Source: Enoplolaimus lenunculus (taxonomy: Eukaryota). From it: a stretch of DNA of 64,000 nt. A model generated the notes under the pieces. That model made no database searches. It worked only from the letters and a program-made list of their open reading frames with translations, and was not told the origin of the DNA. The translations under genes were made by a program, and so were the position numbers. Below, in pieces: positions 1-11,941 of the stretch. The stretch's first letter is position 1. The number at the start of each line of letters is the position of its first letter. The stretch spans positions 62,001 through 126,000 of the forward strand of contig JASANG010003711.1 of the NCBI GenBank assembly GCA_030248215.1, given 5' to 3'.

Positions 1-1282
1 CTTGGCTAATTTAGAATAACGTTCTGGAGTAAACAGATATCTTCCATGCGGTTTTATCCCGTGTTGAAATGGAATCTTGACAACGCTCGTGTGTGGTTGG
101 TTGTCTGGGGGATAGTCGCAGTTACTATAAAACTACAGCTTAGTAAATCGCGCAACAAATTCATTCATGCGACTACAAAATGTTTATTTTAAACGTCTTT
201 TATCGACTGAAAGTTTGTAAAACGTGTGATATTTCAAGGTCGTGTCGGAGTGCATTAAATTCATTTGAAAAGTTGAACTTTTCTGGTGACAAGAATGTAT
301 AAAAGTTTTAGCCGTGATTTGGCTTACTGATATCACATTATATATATGCGAGTGGTATTGTAAACAGTATGTATCCGGCTAGATAGATACTCGGAGTCAG
401 AGGTGGATTCAAAAAGTTTTGACGAGGGAGCGGGCTGGCAAATGTTATGAAACGCTAAAATTATAAGGTGGGACGTTATCATTTTATCACAAAAAATTTT
501 CCGAGAGCGAAAAAAGGTAAGGTAGGAACCTTCTTTACCATTTTATCATTAAAAAACGTCTGCGGGGAAAAATGTGTTTTTACAAAAGAATTCTCTTTGG
601 GAAAAATCGTAAGGTGGACCAAGTGCAGGTTATTGCAGCAAAAACTTGCACGTGCCAGTATATGGGGTTTGATGTGTGTGTTCTTTAAAAATTGGTACTG
701 CACTCAGTACTGGTGCACTTTTCCATCCTGCAACAGGCATAAACCTAAGCGGAATGTTAAAGTTGAGGACAATAGTATATAGGCATAGCCCAGAAATGAG
801 GAATACTGTAAAATAGTTGCAACACCAACATCCTGCAATGGGCATATTTGTTTTGACGTAGCAGTGGTAATATTATTCGCGCCAAAATACCTGAAATCAC
901 GCTAAAATTACGTATTGTGAGCGTTCCAGGTTAATATTAATCTGCATTTCACTTAAGTAAAAAGACTACTGTCTTTTCAACGAATCCATGTTAGCTCAAC
1001 CCGCAGAATACAGATAAATATCTATATATTAAAGCGGAAACGCCCCACATACGTATTTTGGGCAATGTTACGTATGCAAATTAAGACAGTATGCATTGAC
1101 AATACCTATTGTTTCGGATGTTTTATATATCTGCAAATCACTACTACAGCTTTTAGAAACCTGTTTTTTAATTTCGTCTACTTAAATAATAATGGACCAG
1201 GCAACGATTAAGCCTAGAGCGGAAAGCTTTAGTGCAGTTGCACATGTGTGCAACTACGTGTACTAGTAATTTTTTATTTCAG

Positions 1283-2197
1283 GTAAATCGACCAATAAGC
1301 ATGAAAAAAGACGCAATACAAACACGCAACCGAAAATTGACAACAAAAACAAAAAAGCGCAAAATAACGCCGTCGAACAGCATTAACGGGAGTCATACGA
1401 CAACCACGCTCAATCAGCTCGCTTCTCCTCCTTCCGGATCCGGTCCTGCGACAGTTATGAACGCAGCTTCGCTTCAAAGCTTCGGCGGCTATCATCCAAA
1501 TACTCCAATGAACACAAACGCAGCGCTCGGATTATCGGCACATGATTGCACTCCAAACCATTACAACAACACTGCAACTGCATTTATTCTACCTGAAATG
1601 TTAAGCAAAGCAGCGGTTGCGCATCATGGTCACTATAATTCGCCAGCATATCAACAGTTGCATAACGGATCGCCTCCGGCTCCTTCAACGACAACCCTGC
1701 CTCCGGATATTATTAAATCAAATTTTAATTTTAGCAATTCCGGTTACACCGCTAATAATGACACGTCCACAAACGCTTCTGCAATCGCAACAAATATGCA
1801 ACACGCAACTGCTGCGGTTCATTCACAACTGTTCGCGAACGCTGTTGCAGCAAATAGTACAGGAATTTCCGTAGGTAATAACAACAATCATCAATATATG
1901 ACTAGCGCGTCGCCAAACGCTACTTTAATGCCTTGTGGAACAATTATTCCTGGTTCAGGGTCAGGCGTTTCTTCGCTTACATCGACTTCGTCACAGTATT
2001 CAAACGGTTGTATCCAAGGTATGAACTCGATCAGTGGCTTATCGTCAACAGCGTCTGCTAATCATGGTGGGTCATTTATTGCAGCTGCGGCAAATTTAGA
2101 CTCGTCCACTGTCGCCGCAGGCCATCATAATCCGTTTAGTTCTACTGCACCAGCGCGATTTACGCCAAACTTAAATTTTGTCGGTGCGATTGCTTAG
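1283..2197 (+). CDS. elt-1: Terminal coding exon of a GATA1/2/3-class zinc-finger transcription factor (ELT-1-like): basic tail after the C-terminal finger plus a long Ser/Ala/Asn/His-rich C-terminus
   Basis: Acceptor tttttatttcAG ends at 1282. The exon opens in phase 0 with VNRPISMKKDAIQTRNRKLTTKTKKRK, matching the GATA1/2/3 signature VNRPLTMKKEGIQTRNRK at the usual intron position. Open to TAG at 2195-2197. Zinc-finger exons lie upstream of the window; the orthology name is inferred. Confidence 0.88.
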   Translation, partial: VNRPISMKKDAIQTRNRKLTTKTKKRKITPSNSINGSHTTTTLNQLASPPSGSGPATVMNAASLQSFGGYHPNTPMNTNAALGLSAHDCTPNHYNNTATAFILPEMLSKAAVAHHGHYNSPAYQQLHNGSPPAPSTTTLPPDIIKSNFNFSNSGYTANNDTSTNASAIATNMQHATAAVHSQLFANAVAANSTGISVGNNNNHQYMTSASPNATLMPCGTIIPGSGSGVSSLTSTSSQYSNGCIQGMNSISGLSSTASANHGGSFIAAAANLDSSTVAAGHHNPFSSTAPARFTPNLNFVGAIA

Positions 2198-2564
2198 AAT
2201 TGTGTTGTTGCTTAACTCAGAGTTTTGTACTGTTTTTAGTTAAGCCGTGGTTTGGTGTACCGAGTTACCTTGAATTGCTCGAAGATTCATTGCGACAAAA
2301 CTTTTTTAAAAATTGCTTGGCCCGAACAAATGCCTGGGCTATCGAGAAAGATTTTTGGTTCGTTTTGAGCTGTGGTGAACTATATGATTGATCGCGGAAA
2401 AGACTTCAAACTTGACAGTATCACTGAAGCGCTCAAGTGGCTGCTTATGACGTTGAACGATAAGTTGTCATGCCAGCAACATGAAACATTTTCGAATAGT
2501 ACAATTGGGCGTAGACCGCTGACAAAGCACTTCTTGACGGCTGCTTATTCTAGGATTGTGACTA

Positions 2565-2784
2565 GGGCCCGTATTCTCAAATGTGTGTAGCCTCTATCGC
2601 AAAATAGGTAATGATAGATCTTGCAAATTTAGAAATGGTGAAGTTCAAAGTCTAGCGCGTACATCGCATTTGAGTTGCCCTACTTCTGTACCAATTCTGA
2701 CATTAGCAATATCAACAGTTCATTCGCTGGAAAAAATATTACTACTTAGTGATATGCGCTTTACGCATTTGAGACTACGGGTTT
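2565..2784. mobile_element. MITE family A copy (~220 bp, GGCCCGTATTCTCAAATG-type TIRs)
   Basis: Left gggcccgtattctcaaatgtgtgtagc and right gcgctttacgcatttgagactacgggttt form an imperfect inverted repeat; interior aligns by eye with the 43727 and 46061 copies. Confidence 0.75.
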
Positions 2785-3699
2785 AGAACATTGTTGCGAC
2801 TTTGAACTTTTGACAAAGGAAACACGTCGCAAAATTCATTTTTTGATCGCTTTATTTCATAATGATCTTCAGTATAATTCGATCCTCAAGTTTATATTTT
2901 CTACGTTTTAGTCTTAAACCAAACATTGCATAATAATGCTTACGAATACATTTAGAACATTAAAATATTGATAGCAATTCAGTGAAAAATTGCACGAATG
3001 CATCATGGTTCGGATACAATTTGAAGTAGGCATCTGTTTCTACATTCAAAAAGCTGTTTGTAAAATGTACCCACTTTTGTGATCCGTTTCGGGTTATGAG
3101 TAAAATAACATCTGAGGTTGTCTTGATCGGCGTTCCTTCTATTTTATTACTGAAGTTGTAGCAAGATAATTGTCGCTATATGATTGCAAGTAACATAGCC
3201 CAATCAAAAACACTGCTTTGTTAGACATTGCATTTTGAAATGAAAACTGCTTGTTTTTGAGGACAATTTTACGCGTTATTTTTTGCAACAGATAAAGTTC
3301 GTTTGCGTTTTACGAACGATGAATAACGGCGACACCAAATAATCTGTTGATAGTAATTGGCTGAATTTAATTGAATTTACTAAGTTAGAGACACAATTTA
3401 ATCGTTTGATTGTGGTACATGAACAGTGTTGTTATTTATCGCTTTTTTTTGCTTTTTGGCATTGCAAATGTAGTGCTTGTACATGAATCTGATCTCGTAT
3501 CTGCTGATAAAGTGCGTACAAACCTGGCTATTTCTTATGCTGATTTATGTTTAGTTTCGGCCAAAAAAGATCTGGTTCTCTTCAAAATTTTAGTACTAAT
3601 TCAATAATTGTAGAATCTGTTTTTTTGCGTGACTCAGTGATTTTTGACTTTGGTAAATGTTTTTCGGTACAAATGTAACGCAGTCGTGTACTGTCAACC

Positions 3700-3912
3700 T
3701 TGAGTAGGTGTAGTAGCACTTGATGGTATATATCTCTTGTAACATTCAAACCAATGAACAACGAGGTTGAAAATTAAGGCGAATTTTCCGCCTTTGATTT
3801 GTCTTACTTCTGTGTCAATTTTGGAAACCATTATTGTAGGAGATCGTGGCATTAATTGTATACCTTTCACTAATTGGTGATAGGTGCTATACGAACCTGA
3901 CAATATAGGCTC
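3700..3912. mobile_element. Degenerate MITE family A copy
   Basis: 3' end ctaattggtgataggtgctatacg...caatataggctc and interior gaggttgaaaatt...tttgatttgtcttacttctgtg match the family; left end eroded. Confidence 0.55.
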
Positions 3913-4766
3913 TTAACGGTGCTGCCGTATTTTCAACACAATGGGGGGGTTATTAACTCTACAGCACTCGGTTTCGATACGATTTTAATGTATATACTTT
4001 ACATGACATTTTTATTTTATAATTTAAATTGCAACATCGTTCAAACGAAACTATTTATTTTAGTTAAATAGTTTAGTGTGTACGATAAGTTTTTATCCGC
4101 CGGTTTCGCTAATGTCGATTGCGTCATTGTAGAAAAGATTGATTTTCGAAGGTAACTTTGACAGTAAAGTGAAAAATATTATTTGGCAATTTTATTTCAG
4201 CTGCGGATCAAAACAAATTGAGTGCGTAAAAATGAGCTTACACAAAACGGTTTAATGACGGATATGAATTAAGTATCACAGTCTGTCCGGTTACCTCTTA
4301 AAAATGACGAAACAGGAGTTGACTTTATATAACTGTAAATAAATCAAGGAACTTTTTTAGTTTCATCCACACTGGTGTTATAATTTGATAGAACGCAAAA
4401 CTTTTTCCCCCACAAAAATACTGTTTATTAAGTTTTGTAAGAGAAAGTTTGGGCTTACGTTTAGGCTTAGGCGCTCGCAAGAGGTTGATGCTTTAGCTAA
4501 ATTTAAACCTAATAAAGCCTGAAGCCGCAGCCTATTCCAATGAGGATAGCTTTTCAGTGAAACGATGTTGTTTTACACATGTTACATATATATTTTGTAA
4601 AGTTGATTTTGTTTTAAAATTGATCTCTGGCCATGATCAAGTCTTCCTGTTGTGTATATATGTGGAATATTAATTTAATTTGTTTTATGTTGCTGCGTAT
4701 TTTAACACTTGTGCTTCCATCCTATCATCCGTTTTCCAAAACGTATATACGGCCAATTATTACCAG

Positions 4767-5020
4767 AAGTGGGGGATCCAGGTGTTCGCGGAAGCTTCTC
4801 TTTAGCAGTTATGCTACGTATTGGTTATGCAAACGGTTTATCTGAGAAGGCTACGGCGTTTTTGTTGCCAAACAGTTAAAAATATTGCGGGAACAACAAC
4901 AAGAGGTGAAAACTTGTTAAATTTTAAACATTTGCTAACATTTGCTATATACAGTGTTTAACATTTCTAAACTCAAAAATATTTATTGCTACCAGTATTA
5001 AATGCTTGGATCCGCCACTG
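4767..5020. mobile_element. CAGTGGCGGATCCA-type MITE (hAT-like termini)
   Basis: agtgggggatccagg ... cttggatccgccactg inverted termini, the same type as the 25025 element; no clear TSD. Confidence 0.6.
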
Positions 5021-5962
5021 TAGTTCTGGTTTGGGTTTCATAAAGCTAATGAATCACGAACTTCTCAGAGCTACTAATTTTAAAAGGTAAAATTTAATAT
5101 TCCCCAACAATACTTGAATTTAAGCTTTCTAAATACATTTGGTTAAATTGATGTTGAGCTTTTACAAAAATACGACGAAAATACCAAAAATGTCTTTTTT
5201 GTTGGCGTTTTCTTTAAGTTTTGTATTTAAATAAATAAATTTGCAGAACTAAATTTTATATTTTGGCTTCATATCAACTTATCAACTTGTGCTTATTAAG
5301 GTGTTGATTACAGTATTTGTGAATATTTGAGCTTTAAATTGATTATTTAGCAGCAGAAATTTCAGATATTAGACTACTTTGAGTTAATTTTTTGTGCTAA
5401 GAGTATGAAAACGCTATTGTATATCAGTATTTATATTCATTATGGTTCGGTATTGTGTAACAATATTTCACTTATACATGTTGTGTAAAACAGTTCACTG
5501 AAAATGTAATTATATGCGGTTTAGCGGTTCAGTTTATAGTAGTATTCTAGGGTTTTACTTTGTATACCAAATTCAAATTAAAATCATTACTGATGAAACT
5601 TATAAGTGCTCAAGTAGGTTTCCAAAATATGTTTTCATGTTAAAATTGTTCAGGGGCGTAGGCAGATAAAAGGCCAATGATACCAGTGCCACGTCCAATA
5701 CTGCAATGACTGAGAAATAATTTTATTTCTGTCAGTAACTAAACGCGAGCTGAAGCAAGTCAACTTTGAAACAACAGCACATATGCGGGAGTAAATGACG
5801 TGTGTGGCTACGTAAAAATGAATCCTGACACCAGTCATCACGGGATCAGAACAGAATTAAACAGGGTTTACGTTCAGGCTTAGCCTTCTGCTCAGGTGTT
5901 AAGTTTACGGAATGTGATCGGTGAATGGGTCATTTCTTTTAATATCCCTTGATTCCTAAGTT

Positions 5963-6153
5963 GGCCCATGTTACTTTTAGGGCTGTCCCGGTTTTTTGGT
6001 GGGTCTGTAAAAGAGTAGGCTTACGTTCTAGACTACGTTTTTTGCTTAGACCTAGGCTTAGGATTAGGAATACGCTTTTGCAATGCTTAGGCTTATGCTT
6101 AGGCTGAGGAATACGCTTAATCTACTGTTACGACCCTAAAAGTAACATTGGCC
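5963..6153. mobile_element. MITE family B copy: GGCCCATGT TIRs enclosing degenerate TTAGGC repeats
   Basis: 20-bp TIR ggcccatgttacttttaggg / ccctaaaagtaacattggcc (1 mismatch); interior gcttagacctaggcttaggattaggaatacgc... resembles the 39732 element. Confidence 0.75.
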
Positions 6154-7030
6154 CCTACATTTATAAATCTGTACCTGGATCAGAAATTAAGTTGAACGCT
6201 TCATCACTCGTTAATGATTGCGTTGTAATTTTGTCTGTTTACCATTAAATCGTTTATTTTATTTCCGTTAAAATGTTAATAAAACAAGACTTTTAGTCTT
6301 TAGTTCGTTACTTGTGGTTACCTAATGAGCAAAAAATATTAAAGTGGCTTAGGGATTTATTAGCATCTAGTTATTTTTTCGCAAAATTCATCCAAATGAA
6401 TTTTAACAGTACCCCAGCTTCACCCCCCGTTTCCAGCAAATTTCGTTGACCTCCGATTCCGGTTACGGTATTTCTCACATCCGGCTGCACTACTGGTATA
6501 CGTCTATTTTCACGCTTATTCCTATAGGCTTAGGTTTAGGAACAGTGCTTATTCTGTTCTTGACGGATTTGATGTACACATTGGCCATATCCGTTTACAT
6601 ACCTGCGTTTATCTACAAACAATATAAATGCTTGAACAGCTATTTTACCAAAATGAACTAACATTATAGGAGCCGGTCATATAAAGCGTTTATGGAAAAT
6701 GAACGCTTTTCAGCGTAGAATGGTATTCTCATAAGTTTGATTAATCTTGTATGTTTCCTCGAATGTGATTAAAAATAAATTACTATTTGCATTCTGTGTA
6801 CTGCACGTACCATTAATCCATACTTGTAGCGTTGAAATTTCAAATGCAAACCTTCACATCCGAAACAGCGTTGAAGCTTATAGTATTTTTCGTGGAAAAT
6901 GAGACGTAGTGTAAGATTTTGATGCCATGACCTTTTTAGAACTCTACAAATTATAAGCAATGCTGTTAAATATCTTCTGAAAATTGCCGCTTATTCTAGG
7001 ATCATTTGATGCGGCTTCTCTGTCTTGGAT

Positions 7031-7956
7031 TTAGTCCTGAGGTTCCTTAGGCGGCGTCGATTTCTGTTTTGTTTTCTCATTTTGTTTTCGTGCAGCCAAA
7101 CAGCCACATTTCTTTGCGCGTGGCCTTTGTCGGGCTAAATTTTCAACTGGTCGATTTCGAGGCATGATAATGCTGTCACATGACGTCAATACGTGATTTG
7201 TTGTTGCTGTAGCGACTTCACTTTGCAAATACCGCACCGCGTTTTGTTTCCGTCGAAGTTTCTGGTTTACTTTAATATTTGTTTTCTGGTTGCGATTTTC
7301 TTCGGCAACTTTTTGCTTAACTTTCAATTTTTTCACGCCGTGATGCGCTGTTTGCATTTTCTCAGTTGCTCTTGACTTTTTAGCTGTCTCTGGTGCCAAT
7401 TTGCTTCTTGCTCCTCGTTTTCGATTTTTATTCGGTTTGTTACGGTCGAATTCTTCAATTGCAAACGTTTCGCTTTCTTGCGCAGTAAACTGTACAACAA
7501 CCTTTGAACGCTTTTGATGTAAAACGGGTATTCTTCGTTTGTTCTTTTTCTGTTTGTACGGCGAGTCATTTGCTTTTCGATTTGCTTCGAGTTCTGTTGT
7601 TTGTGGAAGCTTTGTCTCCGTTCGAAATTCGGTTGGTTTCAATTGTACTCTTTCCCATAAATGACTTTTTTCTTCAGTGTATTGTTCTGGCCCGCTTCCA
7701 AGTTCTGGCATTGTCTGCGGAGCTTTTGTTTGTTTTTCAAGTTTTGTCTGTAAACGATATTTGGGATGATCAATATCCGCAACCAACTGTACGTCCTGAT
7801 GTTTTAAGAAACTTTTCGACAATCCATTCAGCGTTGCAACTGGCTCTCCAGCAACGATTTTTCGTAGAAGCTTGTATTTCGCTTCCCGGCATCGTTCTTC
7901 CGTTGTCATACGCTGCTGCTTGAGCTTGTGCTCCAGTGTATCTCTGTCAAATGCAT
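7031..7956 (-). CDS. Terminal coding exon encoding a Lys/Arg/Gln-rich basic low-complexity polypeptide (~307 codons); parent gene unknown
   Basis: The 292-aa ORF extends upstream in frame to acceptor taaatttattgcAG (plus CT at 7957-7958), phase 1, reading (D)AFDRDTLEHKLKQQRMTTEE...; TAA at 7031-7033. No recognisable domain. Confidence 0.55.
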
Positions 7957-10900
7957 CTGCAATAAATTTATTTGCGATTCAGAATGTTCGACGACTGTGA
8001 CAGTATATGACAATTTTGTGAAGAATTCATTTGCCTATTCGGTGGATTAGTGGCGTGAAAAAGAGTAAATGGAATATAAAACAATCAGGGTAGTTCAAAC
8101 CACAAATTTGCCTGTGGCTCAAACGACAGAAAATTGACTTTCCCTTCGGCTCAGGTAGAAAATCGACAGCCGACTCTGGGAGCATTTTTGTCCGAGGATT
8201 CAGTTATATCAGTAGTGAAATTTCTCCCACTGTAAAACATGTTTTTTGATAAGTTTTTAAGCTTTGGGGTAGATTTGCGAGCAAGCAAGTAGAAAATCAG
8301 GCTGGGTGAAGCGAGTTTCACACTCTCAGCCTACCGACTCCTAACCGGAAGTTTTACTGCCCATTCCACGTTCCTTATCGCTCTCAAATTGCAATTATTG
8401 TCAACACGTATACAGTGCAATCCATATATGCGCAAGGGCAAGGGCATACTTGTGCTTTTTAATGGTGTTTGCACCAAATTTGCAAAAAGCTTTTTAGCAA
8501 CAATTACATTCAGCTTCATGATCACTGTTTACATCATCATGGATATAGAAACAACGGTCCGCCGCTACTCGGTGATCTTCAAGTCGTGTGTTTGACGCAA
8601 GACTGGGTATTACGTAATAGCAGCTGCCATCCCGATTATTTGAAGTTTCTGTCATTGCTTCATTGTATAAAACTTTGCAACAGGTTTGCAGAACGTTTTA
8701 GCAGGATACAATACTGAAAATATGGAATTGCGAGTCGCCAATTTGACCTCAAAGCTCGCCTAAAGCTTTCGGCTTAGTCTTTGTCTCAGCCCACGCAACC
8801 GGAAACCCGAAGTCGGGGCGGTAAATTTTGCTAGTGTCTAAACGGAAAAAATACAGTAATAAAAATGACGTTGAGTTTGCTTATTTTAACAACAACACGC
8901 AAGGCGCAGTCAAAATTTTTTAAGCTTGCATTTCAGTCAATTTCGGCGAATAAAGTTTCAAGAAATGTTCTACAGTAGTAAATGCACTCACTGAATTACA
9001 CAACCTTTAAAAAATCTTTAAAAAAATTATTGACAATTATTACACTTCCGAAATTGTCGGACCCTCTGGCAGAAAATTTTACCTGAGCCAGAACCGGAGT
9101 AGGTCGATTTTCACCTGGAGTTAAAGCCGGATCCAGACCTTTGCTTGTATCCTGGAGGCTCCCTTAGTGTTGAAGTATTTAAATTTAACTTGTCAACAAC
9201 TGGTTTTCGAAGCGGCAGATGGCTTTTAAGCGGATTCGTAGTTATGTTTCGCAAACAGACAGTAGAATATTGGTCTTTCGTACCCTTTCCCCACTTATGC
9301 GTAATAGTATCATTTCATTAGGCTTTAGGCTTACTGTTAGGTTTGAAAACCAAAGCTAAGCGTATACGTCTGACGCATTGACAAAGCCTTTACCTAATAC
9401 TTAGGTTGAGCCTAAGTCCTATCCTTAAAATGTTATATGCGGGGAAGTGCACAAAGCTGAATGCAGACTTCGATACACAGAAGCGTAGCTGAAATCGTAG
9501 GACAATATTTTCGCGTAGTAAAATGAGGTTGAAACAAGTGACGGTATATGACAAATTTTGCGCTATAATGAAGGTATTCTTTCACAGGAATTAAGCAGTG
9601 GCGAAATATAGTATTTAAGAGTAAAACCGGAGTGGTGTTATACAATAAAGTTTAATTGGCTATTAAAAAGCAGAGGTAAAAAATGAACATAACCGAAATC
9701 CACTGCCTGGTTTTTCTTTCAATTACAGGCTGAACGGAGGCTGAGGGTATTTTATAGCGAATTCGTCTTGAAAACGACTGGTTTTATTGTTTTTTAGTAT
9801 GTAAAATCAATCATCAACAAAGTGCAACCGTAAGTGAGAAAAAACCGGAGAGTGAGGTCACCAAACATTGCCGGAGCTGATATCAGAGCCGGAGAACAAA
9901 AATTAAGGACTTATACAATGTTTGATTTGCAAATTGTAAAACAAAATTTTCGAAGTATATTATATAAGTTGTCAAAAAATCGTTCAAATGCATCTTTTTT
10001 ATAATCTATTAAATGAAAACTTTCATATTTGAAACAAAACTGGAAATGAATTTGCGCAAGTGTAAACGTTTAAAAAGTACGAAAAATTTCATTACCGAAA
10101 TTTTTCACAAAAATGCTAAAGAAGGCAGAGGCAAACTTCTGGTCGTTCCTTGAATTAAAGGACAGGGTACAGGAGGTCTACCTCTTGCTCCAGCAGAAAA
10201 TCTACTTACAACTCTGGCAGTAAAATTTTCGTTTTTCATATAATTTTTGTTCTTTGATACTGGTCTATGCGGCCGGTTAAAGATCAAAAGCGAAACAGGG
10301 TGTAACATCCGGATATCTGCTCCCGCTTCCTTTATAGAAATAGCGGAATTGAAATATAAATAAAATTTGGATTGGGTTACGGACTGTTAGTTTTAACCCG
10401 CCCTTCGCCGCTCGTCGTTTCTAATATATATCTGGTACTGCAACTATTTGTCTTGCATCAAAAGCTTGAGCGATAATGCAAGGTATACTAGGAATGTGCT
10501 TTCAAAACTTATGCTTTAAAACTTGAACATCGAACTAAACTTAACCCTTTCTCACATGAATTTTCTTTTTTTTTGAGAGAGAGAAAGTTTACTAGTCAAT
10601 TTAGCACTTTTCCACCGCTCATATGGAGATTATAACAAAACAATACAACCAACACAGATATAGTTAACAACGATTATTCACGCTTAGAAATCAACAATGT
10701 GAAAACCTGATTATTATAAAATGTCTAACTGAAAACCAATCACTGATTTAAATTCTTTTGTTATGCTAGTAAAATAGCGGTCAAAAATTAATTTACTTAG
10801 TTTTATTCTTATCCAGCATTAACTTCTAAAAACAATTTCGCTTGAAATTTTTCCGGCAAACGTTCCGCCTATATTACTAATTTAAAGCCTGGCGACGCAT

Positions 10901-11705
10901 TCGAGTTTTCCGTAATGATCCCGAAAACACGATCAAAAACGGACTCTTTCAGTCGCACTTTAAGTCTACAAAGTGATCTAAAAACATTTTTCCTAAAGAT
11001 GGACATTGGGTTCTCTAATGTATTATGAAAATTTAATAAGCATCGCGATTTCCACAGAGCGAACTGCATATACTGAATTAAAAAATTAAAACATTGATAA
11101 TTTTGTGTAGATGTATTACTTTTTCCCAATATTAAATCGGACGGATAAATCTGATGACAACCTAGTAACCGTTGCAAAATTGGTGTAATTTCAAATACAA
11201 AATTATACGCACGGGAACGATAAATAAAAACATGTGGGATGTCCTCAACTACATCTATCCCTTGTATATGGCAGTAACAACAATACTTTGATGTAGTAAA
11301 ATATGATAATCTATTATTTGTATAAAGACGGTTTGTCTTAGTTTATAGTGCAAGTCCCGTACTTTACCGTCCACATACTTCGCCTTTGCCCATTTCCATG
11401 ATTCTTTGACATACAATGTATCTGATCCTAAACGCCGTTCCCAGTACAAATTTTGCAAAATCATGTTTTTGCTACAATAATTGTGTATCCATAGTTTATA
11501 AACTAATTTTGACTTCAATTTTAACATGTAATATTTTTCCCCGAAAACCCAGCAAGTCTCCCTCTTGTCGGAAACTGGACTCGATAATCGAATAGCGAAT
11601 TTCTTTATAGAACGTAGGAATTGCGATCCGCTTTACTTGTCAAAAATTCAACCTTCCTGAAGAAGTGGAAAAAGGATCTTCTCCAGTTCATCGAACTAAA
11701 CTTAA

Positions 11706-11941
11706 ACCTTTCTCACATGAATATTTTCTATTTTCCCTGTTTTAGGCTAGGATTCGAACTGCAGTGACTGGAGTGGGAGGCGTATACCATCACCACTCAG
11801 CTATAGGAGCTTGAGGTGCTCTCACGTCTTGTGATTTAGTACTATGTATACGTGTTGCAATTGTTAAACACGGTGCGATATATTACTTAACGTATATACA
11901 CTGCGCTGAGTTGCCTATAGGCAACTCAATGTGAGAAGGGG
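11706..11941. mobile_element. TTAA-flanked piggyBac-like MITE containing a tRNA-like Pol III cassette
   Basis: TTAA at 11702-11705 and 11942-11945; TIR acctttctcacat / atgtgagaagggg (11/13); perfect 22-bp subterminal palindrome tgagttgcctataggcaactca at 11907-11928. Confidence 0.6.
11743..11810 (-). pseudogene. tRNA-derived sequence (SINE head or tRNA pseudogene)
   Basis: Minus strand GCTCCTATAGCTGAGTGGT...GCAGTTCGAATCCTAG has A box TAGCTGAGTGG and B box GTTCGAATCC at tRNA spacing, but no acceptor stem or clean anticodon stem. Confidence 0.65.

Noticed and set aside
1232..1282. ORF-track N-terminus of the GATA ORF
   Set aside because: Intron sequence upstream of the TTTCAG acceptor; GTG starts are not relevant here
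8340..8690. Possible upstream minus-strand exon for the 7031-7956 exon
   Set aside because: Somewhat coding-like, but frames stop after ~60 codons and I found no convincing donor/acceptor pair
11743..11810. Functional tRNA gene (possible CCC anticodon)
   Set aside because: Acceptor and anticodon stems do not pair; kept only as tRNA-derived
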